Assembly (NCBI GenBank): GCA_051418015.1
Contig: JBPRGF010000031.1
Coordinates: 32,001 to 96,000 of the forward strand
Source of the DNA: Candidatus Nitrospinota bacterium M3_3B_026
GTDB lineage: Bacteria > Nitrospinota_A > UBA7883 > JBPRGF01
Length of the DNA stretch: 64,000 nt
Reading direction: 5' to 3'
Shown: one piece after another, positions 21,058 through 31,153 of the stretch
Position numbering within the stretch: position 1 is the stretch's first letter
How the letters are laid out: each line of letters begins with the position of its first letter
The notes under the pieces: model-generated
What the model saw: only the letters and a program-made list of their open reading frames with translations
Told to the model about the DNA's origin: nothing
Database searches by the model: none
Translations under genes and position numbers: made by a program

Positions 21058-21342
21058 CTATCCCGAACTCCTGATTTTATCGATCTTCGCCTCCAGCTCG
21101 GCCTCGATTCTCTCCTTTTCGGCCAGAAAACCTTTCCTGGCCTCGTCTATCTCCCGATCGAAGGCCCCGCCCGCGGGCGCGGCGGCGATCTTCTGATCGA
21201 GCGATATCTTCAGCTCGGCTACTCTGGCCTCGGCCTTTTTGCGCTCCCCGGCGACCCTTTTTTTCTGTTCATCGGTCAGGGGCTTCGCCTCCGCCCCCAT
21301 CTTCGCGGCCTTTTCCATCGCCAGCTCCAGCGCCGACTTCAT
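21058..21342 (-). CDS. Small helical hypothetical protein
   Basis: RBS AGGAGG; MKSALELAMEK start; coiled-coil character. Confidence 0.7.
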   Translation of the reverse strand: MKSALELAMEKAAKMGAEAKPLTDEQKKRVAGERKKAEARVAELKISLDQKIAAAPAGGAFDREIDEARKGFLAEKERIEAELEAKIDKIRSSG

Positions 21343-22378
21343 CTTTCTTATCCTCCTTTTCGCCAGGCTGCGCCACGCCGGTCTTGACGGGCGCTATCGT
21401 TTTTATCCTCAGCCCCGGCTCCAGCGGCGTGTCATGATCCATGCCGTTCAGCACCGCTATCTCGAGCGCAAGGCCCTCGTCCCCGCTTACGTCTTTCGCG
21501 ATCGAGCGGAACGTCTCTCCCTCCTTCACGGTGTGTATCCTTACCTCGTGAGGCGGCGAAGTCCTGCCCCGCCATTTCGGTTTGCCGTACTTGAGGCCGT
21601 CTATGGCGTCCAGGTACCTGTCACGAAAAAAGTTGACGTTCCCGCCGCGGCCTTTCAGTATCTGGCTCATCTTCTCGGCCTCGCCTACCCTTATCCTTGT
21701 GTCCGGGTGGGTGGCGTAGAAGCCATGGTAGCTTATCCCCCCGAGCCTTTCCATCTCCCTCAGGGTGCTCAGGAAACCCGTCATCCCGGTGGGGTCGTAC
21801 CCGGCGTAGTAGGCGTTCTGCATCCCCACGAGGTCGGACTCCATCTCCATCTCCCGCCCGTAGCCGCGCAGTATCTGGTCGGTGAGGGTGGAGGTGACCG
21901 TAAGCCACGCCCCCGCGTTTTCTCTCACGTCCTGGCTGACGGCCAGCCCTCCCAGCGTCAGCAGAAGCGAGCCGAGCTGTTTTCTTGTCTGCTTGATGGC
22001 GTGATGGCCTATGACGTGGCCTATCTCGTGGCCTATCACGTTGGCCAGCTCCGCCTCGGAGTTCAACGCCGCCAGGAGCCCGCGGGTGACGTAGACGTAC
22101 CCGCCGGGGAGGGCGAAGGCGTTGACCATTTCGTGGTCGAGCAGCCTGAAATGATAGTCGAACTGGCGGTCCCTGATCTGCGTGAGAACCTTTTCGCCCA
22201 CGCGGCGGACGTATTCTCTCAGTTCCTCGTCGTCATACAGCCCGAACTGTTGTACGATCTCCTTGTCCGTCTCGCGCCCGATGGTCTCCTCGTCCGGCTG
22301 GGCGGCGGCGGGGCCTGTTGACAGCGCCGCCAGGATCAAAACGAGCGCGGCGGACGCGGCGGTATTACGAAAAGTCAT
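21269..22378 (-). CDS. M48 metalloprotease (BepA-like) with C-terminal LysM
   Basis: Signal peptide, NAFALPGG, HEIGH, E.ESD..G, THP, then HTVKEGETFRSIA. Confidence 0.88.
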   Translation of the reverse strand: MTFRNTAASAALVLILAALSTGPAAAQPDEETIGRETDKEIVQQFGLYDDEELREYVRRVGEKVLTQIRDRQFDYHFRLLDHEMVNAFALPGGYVYVTRGLLAALNSEAELANVIGHEIGHVIGHHAIKQTRKQLGSLLLTLGGLAVSQDVRENAGAWLTVTSTLTDQILRGYGREMEMESDLVGMQNAYYAGYDPTGMTGFLSTLREMERLGGISYHGFYATHPDTRIRVGEAEKMSQILKGRGGNVNFFRDRYLDAIDGLKYGKPKWRGRTSPPHEVRIHTVKEGETFRSIAKDVSGDEGLALEIAVLNGMDHDTPLEPGLRIKTIAPVKTGVAQPGEKEDKKDEVGAGAGDGKGREDGGGGEAPDR

Positions 22379-22438
22379 GTTATATATCACTGCGAAAAAT
22401 TCAATAATATCACATGACGACATCCAGGAGAGCCTCTC

Positions 22439-23329
22439 ATGAGCGTCTTTGACGAGAACATGAAGTGGACGGGCTTCGGAGGGCTGAAGCCGCCGGAGCC
22501 AAGCCTTGACGGGGCCGCGGCGGTCGTCCTGCCTGTCCCCTACGACTCCACCACCTGCTACAGGTCCGGGACGCGCGGGGGGCCGCGGGCGATAATCGAG
22601 GCCTCGGCGCAGGTGGAGCTTTACGACCCGGAATGGGGGGTGGACCTGGAAGGGCTCGACGTGGTCCTCCTGCCGGAGGTGGAGCAGGAAGTCTCCGGCC
22701 CGGAGGCGATGGTGAAAAGGGTGGAGACGGTCTACAGGGCGGTAAGCGAAAAAGTCCCCTTCGTCCTCACCATCGGCGGGGAGCACTCCGTCTCCGCCGC
22801 CGCCGTCCGCGTCCTGGCGGAAAGGTTCAAGGGGGCGCTCACCGTCGTCCAGATCGACGCCCACGCCGACCTGCGGGACTCCTACCAGGGCTCGCCGGCC
22901 TCCCACGCCTGCGTGATGCGGCGGATATCGGAACATGCGCCCATCGTCCAGGCGGGGATAAGAAACGCCTCGCGGGAGGAGGCGGAGTTCATCAGGACAA
23001 GCGGTCATCCGGTCTACCACGCCTGGGACATCGCCGGGCGGACGGACTGGATCGGCGGCATGATCGAACACCTCGAAGAGAACGTCTACATCACCATCGA
23101 CCTCGACGGGTTCGACCCGTCGGTGGTCCCCGGCGTCGGCACGCCGGAGCCGGGGGGCCTGGGCTGGCGGGAGACCGTGGAGGCTATACGCGGCATCGGC
23201 CGGGAGCGGAAGATAGTGGGCGCGGACGTCATGGAGCTTCTCCCCGTCCCCGGCTCCGTCGTGTCGGACTTCACCGCCGCCAGGCTCTGTTTCAAGCTGC
23301 TGGCCGCCGCGGCGCTTTCTCCCCGTTGA
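22439..23329 (+). CDS. speB: Agmatinase
   Basis: GGEHS, DAHAD, SHA, DLDGFDP, GTPEPGG. Confidence 0.92.
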   Translation: MSVFDENMKWTGFGGLKPPEPSLDGAAAVVLPVPYDSTTCYRSGTRGGPRAIIEASAQVELYDPEWGVDLEGLDVVLLPEVEQEVSGPEAMVKRVETVYRAVSEKVPFVLTIGGEHSVSAAAVRVLAERFKGALTVVQIDAHADLRDSYQGSPASHACVMRRISEHAPIVQAGIRNASREEAEFIRTSGHPVYHAWDIAGRTDWIGGMIEHLEENVYITIDLDGFDPSVVPGVGTPEPGGLGWRETVEAIRGIGRERKIVGADVMELLPVPGSVVSDFTAARLCFKLLAAAALSPR

Positions 23330-23387
23330 GGCGCGGGGCGGGGCGAAAAATTTGTATCCACTCCGGGGCGGGATTTAAGATATCCCC

Positions 23388-24047
23388 ATGCCGCGAAAAA
23401 ACACGACACGGCCCGGGGCCGGTGATCTTTACAAGACACAGCGGGAATACTACAAAAGAGTCTACAGCTCCGGCGGCCCAGCCCCGTGGGACACGGCCTT
23501 CGACGGAGAATGGCTCGAAAGAAAATTGAAAAGCCTCGGCCTGGCGGGGGGAAGGCGCGCCCTGGACCTTGGCGCGGGACGCGGCAGGGGGGCGCGGATA
23601 TTGAAAAAGGCCGGCTGGCGCGTCGCGGCGATGGACTACCTGGCTGAGCCGCTGGCGGGGGCGAAAGGACGGACGGACGGGGGCGCATGGCTCGTCCAGG
23701 GGGACGCTTTCGAGCCCCCCTTCGCGCCGCGCTCTTTCGACCTCGCGCTTGACTGGGGCGTGTTCCACCACACGAGAAGACGGGACACGGCGGCCTTTCT
23801 GCGATCGGTGACGGCGCTTCTGAAGCCGTCGGGGGTTTTCCTGCTCGGCTGTTTTTCGACGAAGTTCAGGCACCCCGGCGAGAAGAGAAGGAAAAGGAAC
23901 TGGACGAGGCACAACGGCCACTACGACCGTTTCTCCACCAGGAGCGAGCTGCGCGGGCTCTTCTCGCCCTTTTTCCTCGTGGACTCCATCGATGAGGACC
24001 CGAAAGGGTTTTACCTGCTTGCGATGACCCTCAAGGAGCGGACATGA
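23388..24047 (+). CDS. Class I SAM-dependent methyltransferase
   Basis: ALDLGAGRGR motif I, DWGVFHH, LLKPSG. Confidence 0.85.
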   Translation: MPRKNTTRPGAGDLYKTQREYYKRVYSSGGPAPWDTAFDGEWLERKLKSLGLAGGRRALDLGAGRGRGARILKKAGWRVAAMDYLAEPLAGAKGRTDGGAWLVQGDAFEPPFAPRSFDLALDWGVFHHTRRRDTAAFLRSVTALLKPSGVFLLGCFSTKFRHPGEKRRKRNWTRHNGHYDRFSTRSELRGLFSPFFLVDSIDEDPKGFYLLAMTLKERT

Positions 24048-24343
24048 CTGTATACGAAATCTGCGACCGCTGCGGCGTGATGATAGCGGAGGGCGCCATA
24101 AGATACGTCGTCCGCCTCGTCGTCGCCGCCGACGACGGGGGCGTCGTCTCCGAGCCGATCACCGACATGGAGATGGACGAGATCATCCAGCGGCTGGAGG
24201 AGGCCGACGCCGCGGAGCTTGAGCGAAACGTCTTCGAGGAGCGCGAGTACATACTCTGCCCGAGGTGCAAGCGGGAGTTTCTGAAAAACCCTCTCCGCGG
24301 CGGCCCGGAAGGCGGCTTCGGCCGCGGGCGGCTTATGAGCTAA
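24044..24343 (+). CDS. Small putative Zn-binding protein
   Basis: CDRC...LCPRC; ATGA coupling to the methyltransferase. Confidence 0.7.
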   Translation: MTVYEICDRCGVMIAEGAIRYVVRLVVAADDGGVVSEPITDMEMDEIIQRLEEADAAELERNVFEEREYILCPRCKREFLKNPLRGGPEGGFGRGRLMS

Positions 24344-26940
24344 GGGTGCCCCGCCTCCTCCGGCTCCGTCCTCGGCTGGGACGTTATGACCGTTTTTCGA
24401 CCGTTGTAATCGACGGTCACGGCGCCGCCTTCGGCGATCTGGCCCTCGATGATCTTCATCGAAAGCTCGTCCAGTATCTCGTCCTGGATCAGCCGCTTCA
24501 GCGGCCGCGCGCCGTAGACCTCGTCGTAGCCCGCCTCGGCCAGATGCTCCGAGGCGGCGCCGGTGATGGTCAGCCTTATGCCCTTCCTGGCCAGCCTCTC
24601 GGCCACCATGGCCGTCTGCAGTTTGACTATTTCGGCCAGCTCCTCGCGGGTGAGCCGCTGGAAGATTATGATGTCGTCCACCCGGTTCAAAAACTCCGGC
24701 CTGAACGCCTGCCGCAGGATGGCGTTGACCGCCGCCTCCTGGGCGCTCCTGTCGTGGGCGCCCTCGGCGATCTCGCGCCCTCCGAGGTTGGAGGTCATGA
24801 TTATCACCGTGTTCTTGAAATCGACGACGCGGCCCTTGCCGTCGGTCAGCCTCCCCTCGTCGAGCAGTTGCAGGAGAACGTTGAAGACCTCCGGGTGGGC
24901 CTTTTCTATCTCGTCGAGCAGGATAACGCTGTAGGGGCGCCTGCGGACGGCCTCGGTCAGCTGGCCGCCCTCCTCGTAGCCGACGTACCCCGGAGGCGCG
25001 CCGATGAGCCTTGCCACGGAGTGTTTTTCCATGTACTCGCTCATGTCTATGCGCGTCAGGGCTTTCTCGGTGTCGAACAGGAACTGGGCCAGCGCCTTGG
25101 CAAGCTCCGTCTTGCCCACGCCCGTGGGGCCGAGGAAGATGAACGAGCCGATTGGCCTGTTCTCTTCCTGTATCCCCGCGCGGCTTCTGCGGACGGCGTT
25201 GGAGACGGCTTTCAGGGCCTCCTTCTGGCCCACGACGCGCCTGGCCAGCTCATCTTCCATGTGGACGAGCTTTTCGGACTCCTCGGCTAGCATCCTGGAA
25301 AGGGGGATGCCCGTCCAGCTGGAGACGACCTCGGCTATGTCCTCCTCGGTCACCTCCTCTTTCAGTATCTTCCCCTCCTTCTGGGCCTGGGCGAGCTTTT
25401 CCTGGTACTCTTTTATCTTCTTCCGCAGGGCCGGTATCTCGCCGTAGATTATCTCCGCGGTCCTCTGCAGGTTCCCTTCCCGCTCGGCCCGCTCGGCCTC
25501 CACTTTCAGCTCGTCGATCTTCCTGCTGGAGTCCTTGATGGAGTCCAGGCTCTCTTTTTCCGTCTTCCATTTGATCTCGAGGGACTTGTTCGTCTCCCGC
25601 AGCCCGGCCAGCTCTTTTTCCAGCTCGGCGAGCCTTTTCTTCGACGCCTCGTCGGACTCTTTTTTAAGCGCCTCGCGTTCGATCTCCAGCCTGCGGATGG
25701 CCCTGTGGATCGTGTCTATCTCCGTGGGCTTGCTGTCGATCTCGATCTTCAGCCGCGAGGTGGCCTCGTCGATCAGGTCTATGGCCTTGTCCGGCAGGAA
25801 CCTGTCGGTGATGTACCGGTCGGAGAGCGTCACGGCGGCGACGATGGCGTTGTCGCGGATGCGGACGCCGTGGTGGGCCTCGTATTTGTCCTTGATCCCG
25901 CGCAGGATGGAGATGGCGTCCTTGGCCGAGGGCTCCTCCACCATCACCGGCTGAAACCTGCGCTCCAGGGCGGCGTCTTTTTCTATGTACTTACGGTACT
26001 CCTTCAGCGTCGTCGCTCCGATGGCGCGAAGCTGCCCGCGGGCCAGGGCTGGCTTTAAAAGGTTGCCCGCGTCCATGGCGCCCTCCGCCGCGCCGGCGCC
26101 GACTATCGTGTGAAGCTCATCTATGAACAGGATGATCTCGCCTTTCGAGCGCTCGATCTCGTTTATCAGCGCCTTCAGCCGGTCCTCGAACTCCCCGCGG
26201 TACTTGGTCCCCGCTATCATCGCGCCGAGGTCTAAAGCGATGAGCTTCTTGTCCCGGATCGCCTCGGGCACGTCCCTGTCCACGATCTTCTTGGCCAGCC
26301 CCTCGACTATCGCCGTCTTGCCCACCCCAGGCTCGCCGACGAGGACGGGGTTGTTTTTCGTCCTGCGGGAGATGATCTGCATCACGCGGCGGATCTCGCC
26401 GTCACGGCCTATCACGGGGTCTATCTTGCCTTCCCGGGCCATCCGGGTAAGGTCACGGGTGTATTTTTCAAGGACCTGGTACTTGCCCTCGGGGTCGGGG
26501 TCGGTGACGCGCTGGCCGCCGCGCACATCGGCGAGCGCGGCGAGGGCTTCGTCTTTCGTGATGTTCAGTATCTTGTTTATCCCCGGCAGGCCGAGCATGG
26601 CCAGCAGGAGGGTCTCCGCGCTGATATACTCGTCGCGCAGCCTGCCGGCCTCGGCCTCGGCGTTGTCGAAAACCGTTTTCAGGTCCGGCGACATGTAGGC
26701 CCGCTCCGTCCCGCCGGAGACGGACGGCAGGGATCCCAGGTGTTTTTTTATCTCCCCCGCGATGTCGTCGGGCCGCCGTTCAAGCTTCGACAGAAGCGAC
26801 GGGACGACTCCTCCCGCCTGCTCCACGAGAGCGAGCAGAAGATGGGCGGGGGTTATCTCCTGGTGGCCGTGGGCGGCGGCGATGTTCATCGCCTCCTGGA
26901 CCGCCTCCGCGGCCTTCGTCGTGAACTTGTTGAAATCCAT
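24340..26940 (-). CDS. clpB: ATP-dependent disaggregase ClpB
   Basis: Two AAA+ domains ([16 protein letters not shown]) with long middle coiled coil; sigma70-like TTGACT/TATATT upstream. Confidence 0.97.
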   Translation of the reverse strand: MDFNKFTTKAAEAVQEAMNIAAAHGHQEITPAHLLLALVEQAGGVVPSLLSKLERRPDDIAGEIKKHLGSLPSVSGGTERAYMSPDLKTVFDNAEAEAGRLRDEYISAETLLLAMLGLPGINKILNITKDEALAALADVRGGQRVTDPDPEGKYQVLEKYTRDLTRMAREGKIDPVIGRDGEIRRVMQIISRRTKNNPVLVGEPGVGKTAIVEGLAKKIVDRDVPEAIRDKKLIALDLGAMIAGTKYRGEFEDRLKALINEIERSKGEIILFIDELHTIVGAGAAEGAMDAGNLLKPALARGQLRAIGATTLKEYRKYIEKDAALERRFQPVMVEEPSAKDAISILRGIKDKYEAHHGVRIRDNAIVAAVTLSDRYITDRFLPDKAIDLIDEATSRLKIEIDSKPTEIDTIHRAIRRLEIEREALKKESDEASKKRLAELEKELAGLRETNKSLEIKWKTEKESLDSIKDSSRKIDELKVEAERAEREGNLQRTAEIIYGEIPALRKKIKEYQEKLAQAQKEGKILKEEVTEEDIAEVVSSWTGIPLSRMLAEESEKLVHMEDELARRVVGQKEALKAVSNAVRRSRAGIQEENRPIGSFIFLGPTGVGKTELAKALAQFLFDTEKALTRIDMSEYMEKHSVARLIGAPPGYVGYEEGGQLTEAVRRRPYSVILLDEIEKAHPEVFNVLLQLLDEGRLTDGKGRVVDFKNTVIIMTSNLGGREIAEGAHDRSAQEAAVNAILRQAFRPEFLNRVDDIIIFQRLTREELAEIVKLQTAMVAERLARKGIRLTITGAASEHLAEAGYDEVYGARPLKRLIQDEILDELSMKIIEGQIAEGGAVTVDYNGRKTVITSQPRTEPEEAGHP

Positions 26941-27036
26941 TTTTAACCGCTTTCTGAAAATTTATTTCCACCTGTTGAAATATAGGATCAAAAAAACCCA
27001 AGTCAAGGAAGAGCCTGCCGCGTGCGAAGGGACGGG

Positions 27037-27762
27037 TTATATGACCCTTCCCTCGAAGTTGCGCCACGCGCCTATGACCAGGCCCACTATGGGGTTTTCG
27101 TTCTCCCGCAGGTCGACGCTCTGGATCCTCTCGGAGATGTTCAGGGGGATCAGGTAGAGCAGGTAGCCGTCCCGCTGCAGCATCTTCGCGGTGATCCCCT
27201 CGCCGTCGAATATGGCGTATATCTTTTTCTCCAGGACCTTTTCCTTGTCCACGCCGCGGTCTATGACCACGATGTCACCCGAGCTCAGGTGGGGCGTCAT
27301 GGAGTCCCCCTGGACCCGGCAGGCTATCAGGTTGCGGGAAGCGCCCGCCCGCTTGAGCGCCCGCACGTGCAGGAGCACGTGGTCTATGACGTCCTCCTCG
27401 GCGATGATGGGCGCGCCCGCCGCTATCCTGCCCTCGGTCAGGGGCACGCTTATGTATTCCGCCCCGTCCGGCGCCTGCCCGGAGCCTGGACGGGCGCCCT
27501 GGAGATGAAAACTCAGCGGCCCGCCGTCCCGAACGTCCGCGGGCAAAGGCTCGCCGGTGAGAAGCCGCCCAAGGTCCATCCCCCCGATCCCGGCGATCCG
27601 CAGCAGGGTGTTTATGTCCGGCAGGGCTCCCGCCTCGTATCTCTTCACGGAGGTGTGGGAGACGCCGATCATCTCGCCGAACTCCTGCAACGTCCTGTCC
27701 GCGCGTATCTTCCTGATCCGCCCGCCCAGCGCTTTCCTGTCGATCCCGGACTTGTTTATCAT
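27037..27762 (-). CDS. CI/LexA-like repressor (XRE HTH + S24 peptidase)
   Basis: HTH RIRKIR..TLQEFGEMIGVS; cleavage site IAAG; catalytic GDSM and AK. Confidence 0.88.
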   Translation of the reverse strand: MINKSGIDRKALGGRIRKIRADRTLQEFGEMIGVSHTSVKRYEAGALPDINTLLRIAGIGGMDLGRLLTGEPLPADVRDGGPLSFHLQGARPGSGQAPDGAEYISVPLTEGRIAAGAPIIAEEDVIDHVLLHVRALKRAGASRNLIACRVQGDSMTPHLSSGDIVVIDRGVDKEKVLEKKIYAIFDGEGITAKMLQRDGYLLYLIPLNISERIQSVDLRENENPIVGLVIGAWRNFEGRVI

Positions 27763-27766
27763 GCCT

Positions 27767-27809
27767 GTTAAATTATTCCTTGACAATTAATATTTACGTT
27801 AAATAGAAT
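27767..27809. promoter_or_regulatory. Divergent control region with sigma70 promoter and two operator-like palindromes
   Basis: TTGACA 27780-27785 and TAGAAT 27804-27809; GTTAA-N8-TTGAC and TTAA-N8-TTAA overlap the promoter. Confidence 0.55.
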
Positions 27810-27856
27810 TCTACCGGAGCGCGGAGGCGCTGGCAAGTCGGAAAGGTGGTTTTTTT

Positions 27857-28111
27857 GTGTTTTCTGGGAGGCCGAAGGTGAGAACCGGAAAATCGGGAGA
27901 CGATGGGGGCGAGGCCTCGGGCGCTGGAGGCGTTCGCGCGTCCCGCAAAAAATATCTTACGACCTCACAGCTGATGTCGCGGTGGGGGGTGAGCGCGCCT
28001 ACGGTCATCCGGCTGATAGAGGAGGGACAGCTTCGCGGGCTCAAGATAAGGGGGGTGTACAGGGTGGCGCTGGACTCGGTGGAGTCCTACGAGCGGAAGG
28101 TGTCGTTTTGA
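27857..28111 (+). CDS. Excisionase-type (HTH_17) small DNA-binding protein
   Basis: YLTTSQLMSRWGVSAPTVIRLIEEGQLRGLKIRGVYRV; start uncertain. Confidence 0.8.
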   Translation: MFSGRPKVRTGKSGDDGGEASGAGGVRASRKKYLTTSQLMSRWGVSAPTVIRLIEEGQLRGLKIRGVYRVALDSVESYERKVSF

Positions 28112-28123
28112 GGCGCCGGCCGT

Positions 28124-29230
28124 TCAGGCCGCGGCTTTTTTCGACAGCCTGCCCCGTATCACGGACCCCACCGTGACGGCCAGGAAAAGGAGAATGGAGA
28201 CCTCGTTCAGTATCCCCCCGTGGGCCTGTCCCACGAAGCTGCCCGCGAGGTCCGCCCCCACCCGGGCGATCAGCGAGACCTGCAACAGCGCGAAGTGGAC
28301 GTAAAAGAGGGGAGTGTAAGGCACGTCAACCTTGAGCACCGCCGGGAAGATGATCGGCGCGTGGCCGAAGATCATGGAGAAGACGAACCCCAGGAAGACC
28401 GCGTGCAGCGCGCCGTCGTAATAAAGCCCCGGCTCCCAGCTTCCCGCCGTCATGGTCATGGCCCCGCCGACGGCCAGCCATGCGTAGCCGGACATCAGGC
28501 ACACCGCCACGAAGCGCGTGAGCCCGGCCTGGCGGATCGTCCGCCGGGCCACGTCGAACCGGGCCAGCCACACAGCCAGCGCGATCATCCCCGCCCCCGC
28601 CACGGGCGCCCCCGCGTCCGGGTAGATGGACATCACGGCCACTCCGGCGATGAACAGGCCCGCCGCGCCCATGAAGACCCATTCGGCCCAGGCGGGCGGC
28701 CGCAGATACCGGCTCAGCTCCAGCCGCTCACCCACGATGGTGAGAATCAAAAAGCCAGCCCACCACATCACGAGATCGTAAACCGGCGCCCCGAAAAGCC
28801 ACATCGCGTCGCCCACGAGAAGGGCCGCCGAGCCCGCGCCCATCACGGCGGTGAAAAGCGCCGGCTGCTCACGGATGATGGCGATGTTCACAGCCACGAG
28901 GACGGCGGCGCCCAAGGTCACGAGCAGCGGCCCCGCCAGCCCTATGGTGTCCACGATCAACGCGAGCCCGCCAAGACCCGTCAGCGCCGGGGACAGGTAC
29001 GCCCACCCCCGCCCGTAGGCGACGGCCCGCTCGAGCCCTATGACGACGCCAAGGAAACAGGCCGCCATGAAGGGGCCGTGCCCTTCGTAAAGAAACGGCC
29101 TGACGGGCGGCAGGTCGAACCCCATCCGCAAAAGCCCCGCCCAAAGCCCCGCCAGCAGGCATATCATCCCCGAGGCCATGAGGGGAAACCTGATCTTGTA
29201 GAAAAATCCCATGCTGCCTTTCCTCGTCAA
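28124..29230 (-). CDS. NnrS-like polytopic membrane protein
   Basis: HGPFM, LERAVA, GERLEL, HAVFLGFVFSMIFGHAP; about 12 TM segments. Confidence 0.65.
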   Translation of the reverse strand: MTRKGSMGFFYKIRFPLMASGMICLLAGLWAGLLRMGFDLPPVRPFLYEGHGPFMAACFLGVVIGLERAVAYGRGWAYLSPALTGLGGLALIVDTIGLAGPLLVTLGAAVLVAVNIAIIREQPALFTAVMGAGSAALLVGDAMWLFGAPVYDLVMWWAGFLILTIVGERLELSRYLRPPAWAEWVFMGAAGLFIAGVAVMSIYPDAGAPVAGAGMIALAVWLARFDVARRTIRQAGLTRFVAVCLMSGYAWLAVGGAMTMTAGSWEPGLYYDGALHAVFLGFVFSMIFGHAPIIFPAVLKVDVPYTPLFYVHFALLQVSLIARVGADLAGSFVGQAHGGILNEVSILLFLAVTVGSVIRGRLSKKAAA

Positions 29231-29369
29231 AACTTTTGCCCTTCGCAGGGGGAGGGCCAGGGTGGGGGTGATATTTACAACACCCGCTCCCCATGATTAT
29301 CTTAATCTCATGCAGGCTCCGGAGTTTTTCTCTCCGGAGCGTTCGGGGCCTCCGGCGCGGCGCGATGCT

Positions 29370-29672
29370 TCAGTCTCCGTAAAGCTTTTTGCGCCCCTCC
29401 TCGCTCATCATGTCCGGGCTCCAGGGAGGGTTCCACACAAGCCTCGCCTCCACGGCCTTCACCTCCGGGAAGCGCGCCTTGAGGGCCGCCTCGGCCTGGT
29501 CCCTGATATGCTCACCCATGGGGCAGGCGCGGGTGGTCATGGTCATCTCCACATTGATGGAGTCCTCGGCCGTCTCCACGCTGTAGACAAGGCCAAGGTC
29601 CACGACGTTCAGCCCCACTTCGGGGTCTATGACGCCCTTCAGCGCCTCTTTAACCGCCTCCTCCGATATCAC
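29370..29672 (-). CDS. DUF59 (SufT/PaaD-like) metal-sulfur cluster assembly protein
   Basis: VIDPEVGLNVVDLGLVY, MTMTTRACP, VWNPPWSPDMMS; GTG start with RBS. Confidence 0.9.
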   Translation of the reverse strand: MISEEAVKEALKGVIDPEVGLNVVDLGLVYSVETAEDSINVEMTMTTRACPMGEHIRDQAEAALKARFPEVKAVEARLVWNPPWSPDMMSEEGRKKLYGD

Positions 29673-29776
29673 GCGGCGCCCTTTCCTTTCGTTTCGTTTC
29701 GCCGAAGACTTTAACACGCCGGGGCCAGCCGGCGTTATGACTTTTGCCCCATTATCGCGGCGCGGGGGGAGGATTA

Positions 29777-30997
29777 TCAAGACCCCTTGCCATCTCCCGC
29801 CGCGGAGTGGATGTACGACCGGGCCAGCATCACGGCGCCGAATCCGAACCGGTCCCTCGCCTCGTCCATCCCTCTCCAGAGCCGCCCCGCCGCCGAAGGG
29901 GCTTCGCTTCTCCTGAAAAGGTTCATCTGCCGGGGCGGCGCCGAAAGGGCGGAGACGGTGACCCCGGCGAGCCGCACGGGGCGCCCCCTCTCCAGCGAGC
30001 CGCGCAGAAGACCCCTGGCGGCGCGGAACATGACCCCCGTGTCGTCCGATGGCTCGAAGATCGTGACGGACCGCTCGCGGGTGGTGAAATCGCCGTAGCG
30101 GATCTTGACGGCAACCCTCCTGAAGAGCATCCCCTCCCTTCGCAGGCGCCCACCGACGCTCTCGCACAGGTATGAGAGAGTCGCCTCGATCTTCGAGACG
30201 TCCCGCGTGTCGCGGGCGTAGGTCGTCTCCCTGCCTATGGACGCCGCCTCCGCGGGCTCCGCCTCCACGTCCGACGGCCCCTCTCCCCGGGCGCGCAGGG
30301 AGAGCGCCGGGCCGAGGCTGCCGAGAACGCGCTCGAGCTTCTCCGCCGGAACGCGGGCAAGGTCTCCGATATGGCGTATCCCCAGCGCGTTCAGGCTTCT
30401 TGCCGTGGCCGGGCCCACGCCGGGCATCTTCCGGACAGGAAGCGGCCTCAAAAAATCCGCTTCCCGGCCGGGCAGGATGTACAGAAGACCGTCCGGCTTG
30501 GCCATGCCGGAGGCCATCTTGGCGACAAGCTTGCTCGATGCGATACCTATGGAGGCGGGGACGCCGGAATCGGCCATCACGGCGTCGCGGATGCTCTGCG
30601 CCACCCCCACCGGACCGGAACGCAGGGCGCGAAGACAGCCGGTGACGTCGAGGTACGCCTCGTCCACGCTCACCACCTCGACGCCGGGGGTGTACCTTCG
30701 CAGGATGTCCATTATCCTGCGCGAGTATTCCGAGTAGACCCTGTGGTCGCCGCGGATGAATATCCCCTTCGGACACAGCCTCCTGGCCTGGGCCATCGGC
30801 ATCGCGGAGCGGACTCCGTATTCCCGCGCCTTGTACGACGCGGAGGAGACAACGCCCCTGCCGTCCGGGTCGCCGCCGACTATCACCGGCCTGCCGCGCA
30901 GGGCGGGGTTCAAAACCTCCTCCACGGAAACGAAGAAGGCGTCCATATCGACGTGCAGGATGATCCTTCGCTTGTTGTCCGCCGCCCGGTTCGACAT
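29777..30997 (-). CDS. dinB: DNA polymerase IV
   Basis: ILHVDMDAFFVSVE, SYKAR, SVDEAYLD, KPDG. Confidence 0.95.
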   Translation of the reverse strand: MSNRAADNKRRIILHVDMDAFFVSVEEVLNPALRGRPVIVGGDPDGRGVVSSASYKAREYGVRSAMPMAQARRLCPKGIFIRGDHRVYSEYSRRIMDILRRYTPGVEVVSVDEAYLDVTGCLRALRSGPVGVAQSIRDAVMADSGVPASIGIASSKLVAKMASGMAKPDGLLYILPGREADFLRPLPVRKMPGVGPATARSLNALGIRHIGDLARVPAEKLERVLGSLGPALSLRARGEGPSDVEAEPAEAASIGRETTYARDTRDVSKIEATLSYLCESVGGRLRREGMLFRRVAVKIRYGDFTTRERSVTIFEPSDDTGVMFRAARGLLRGSLERGRPVRLAGVTVSALSAPPRQMNLFRRSEAPSAAGRLWRGMDEARDRFGFGAVMLARSYIHSAAGDGKGS

Positions 30998-31153
30998 CGT
31001 TTCGCCGCTAGTTTCGCTTTATTTTCGTCCGCAGGGGCAAAATACACGAATATAAAGCGAAAATCAAGGGGTCATATCGCCACCGAATCTCCGGCTGAAA
31101 GGGAATCGCGCGTGGCGTTCTTCGCCCTTCTCCCCGGGGAAAGGCGGGAGGGG

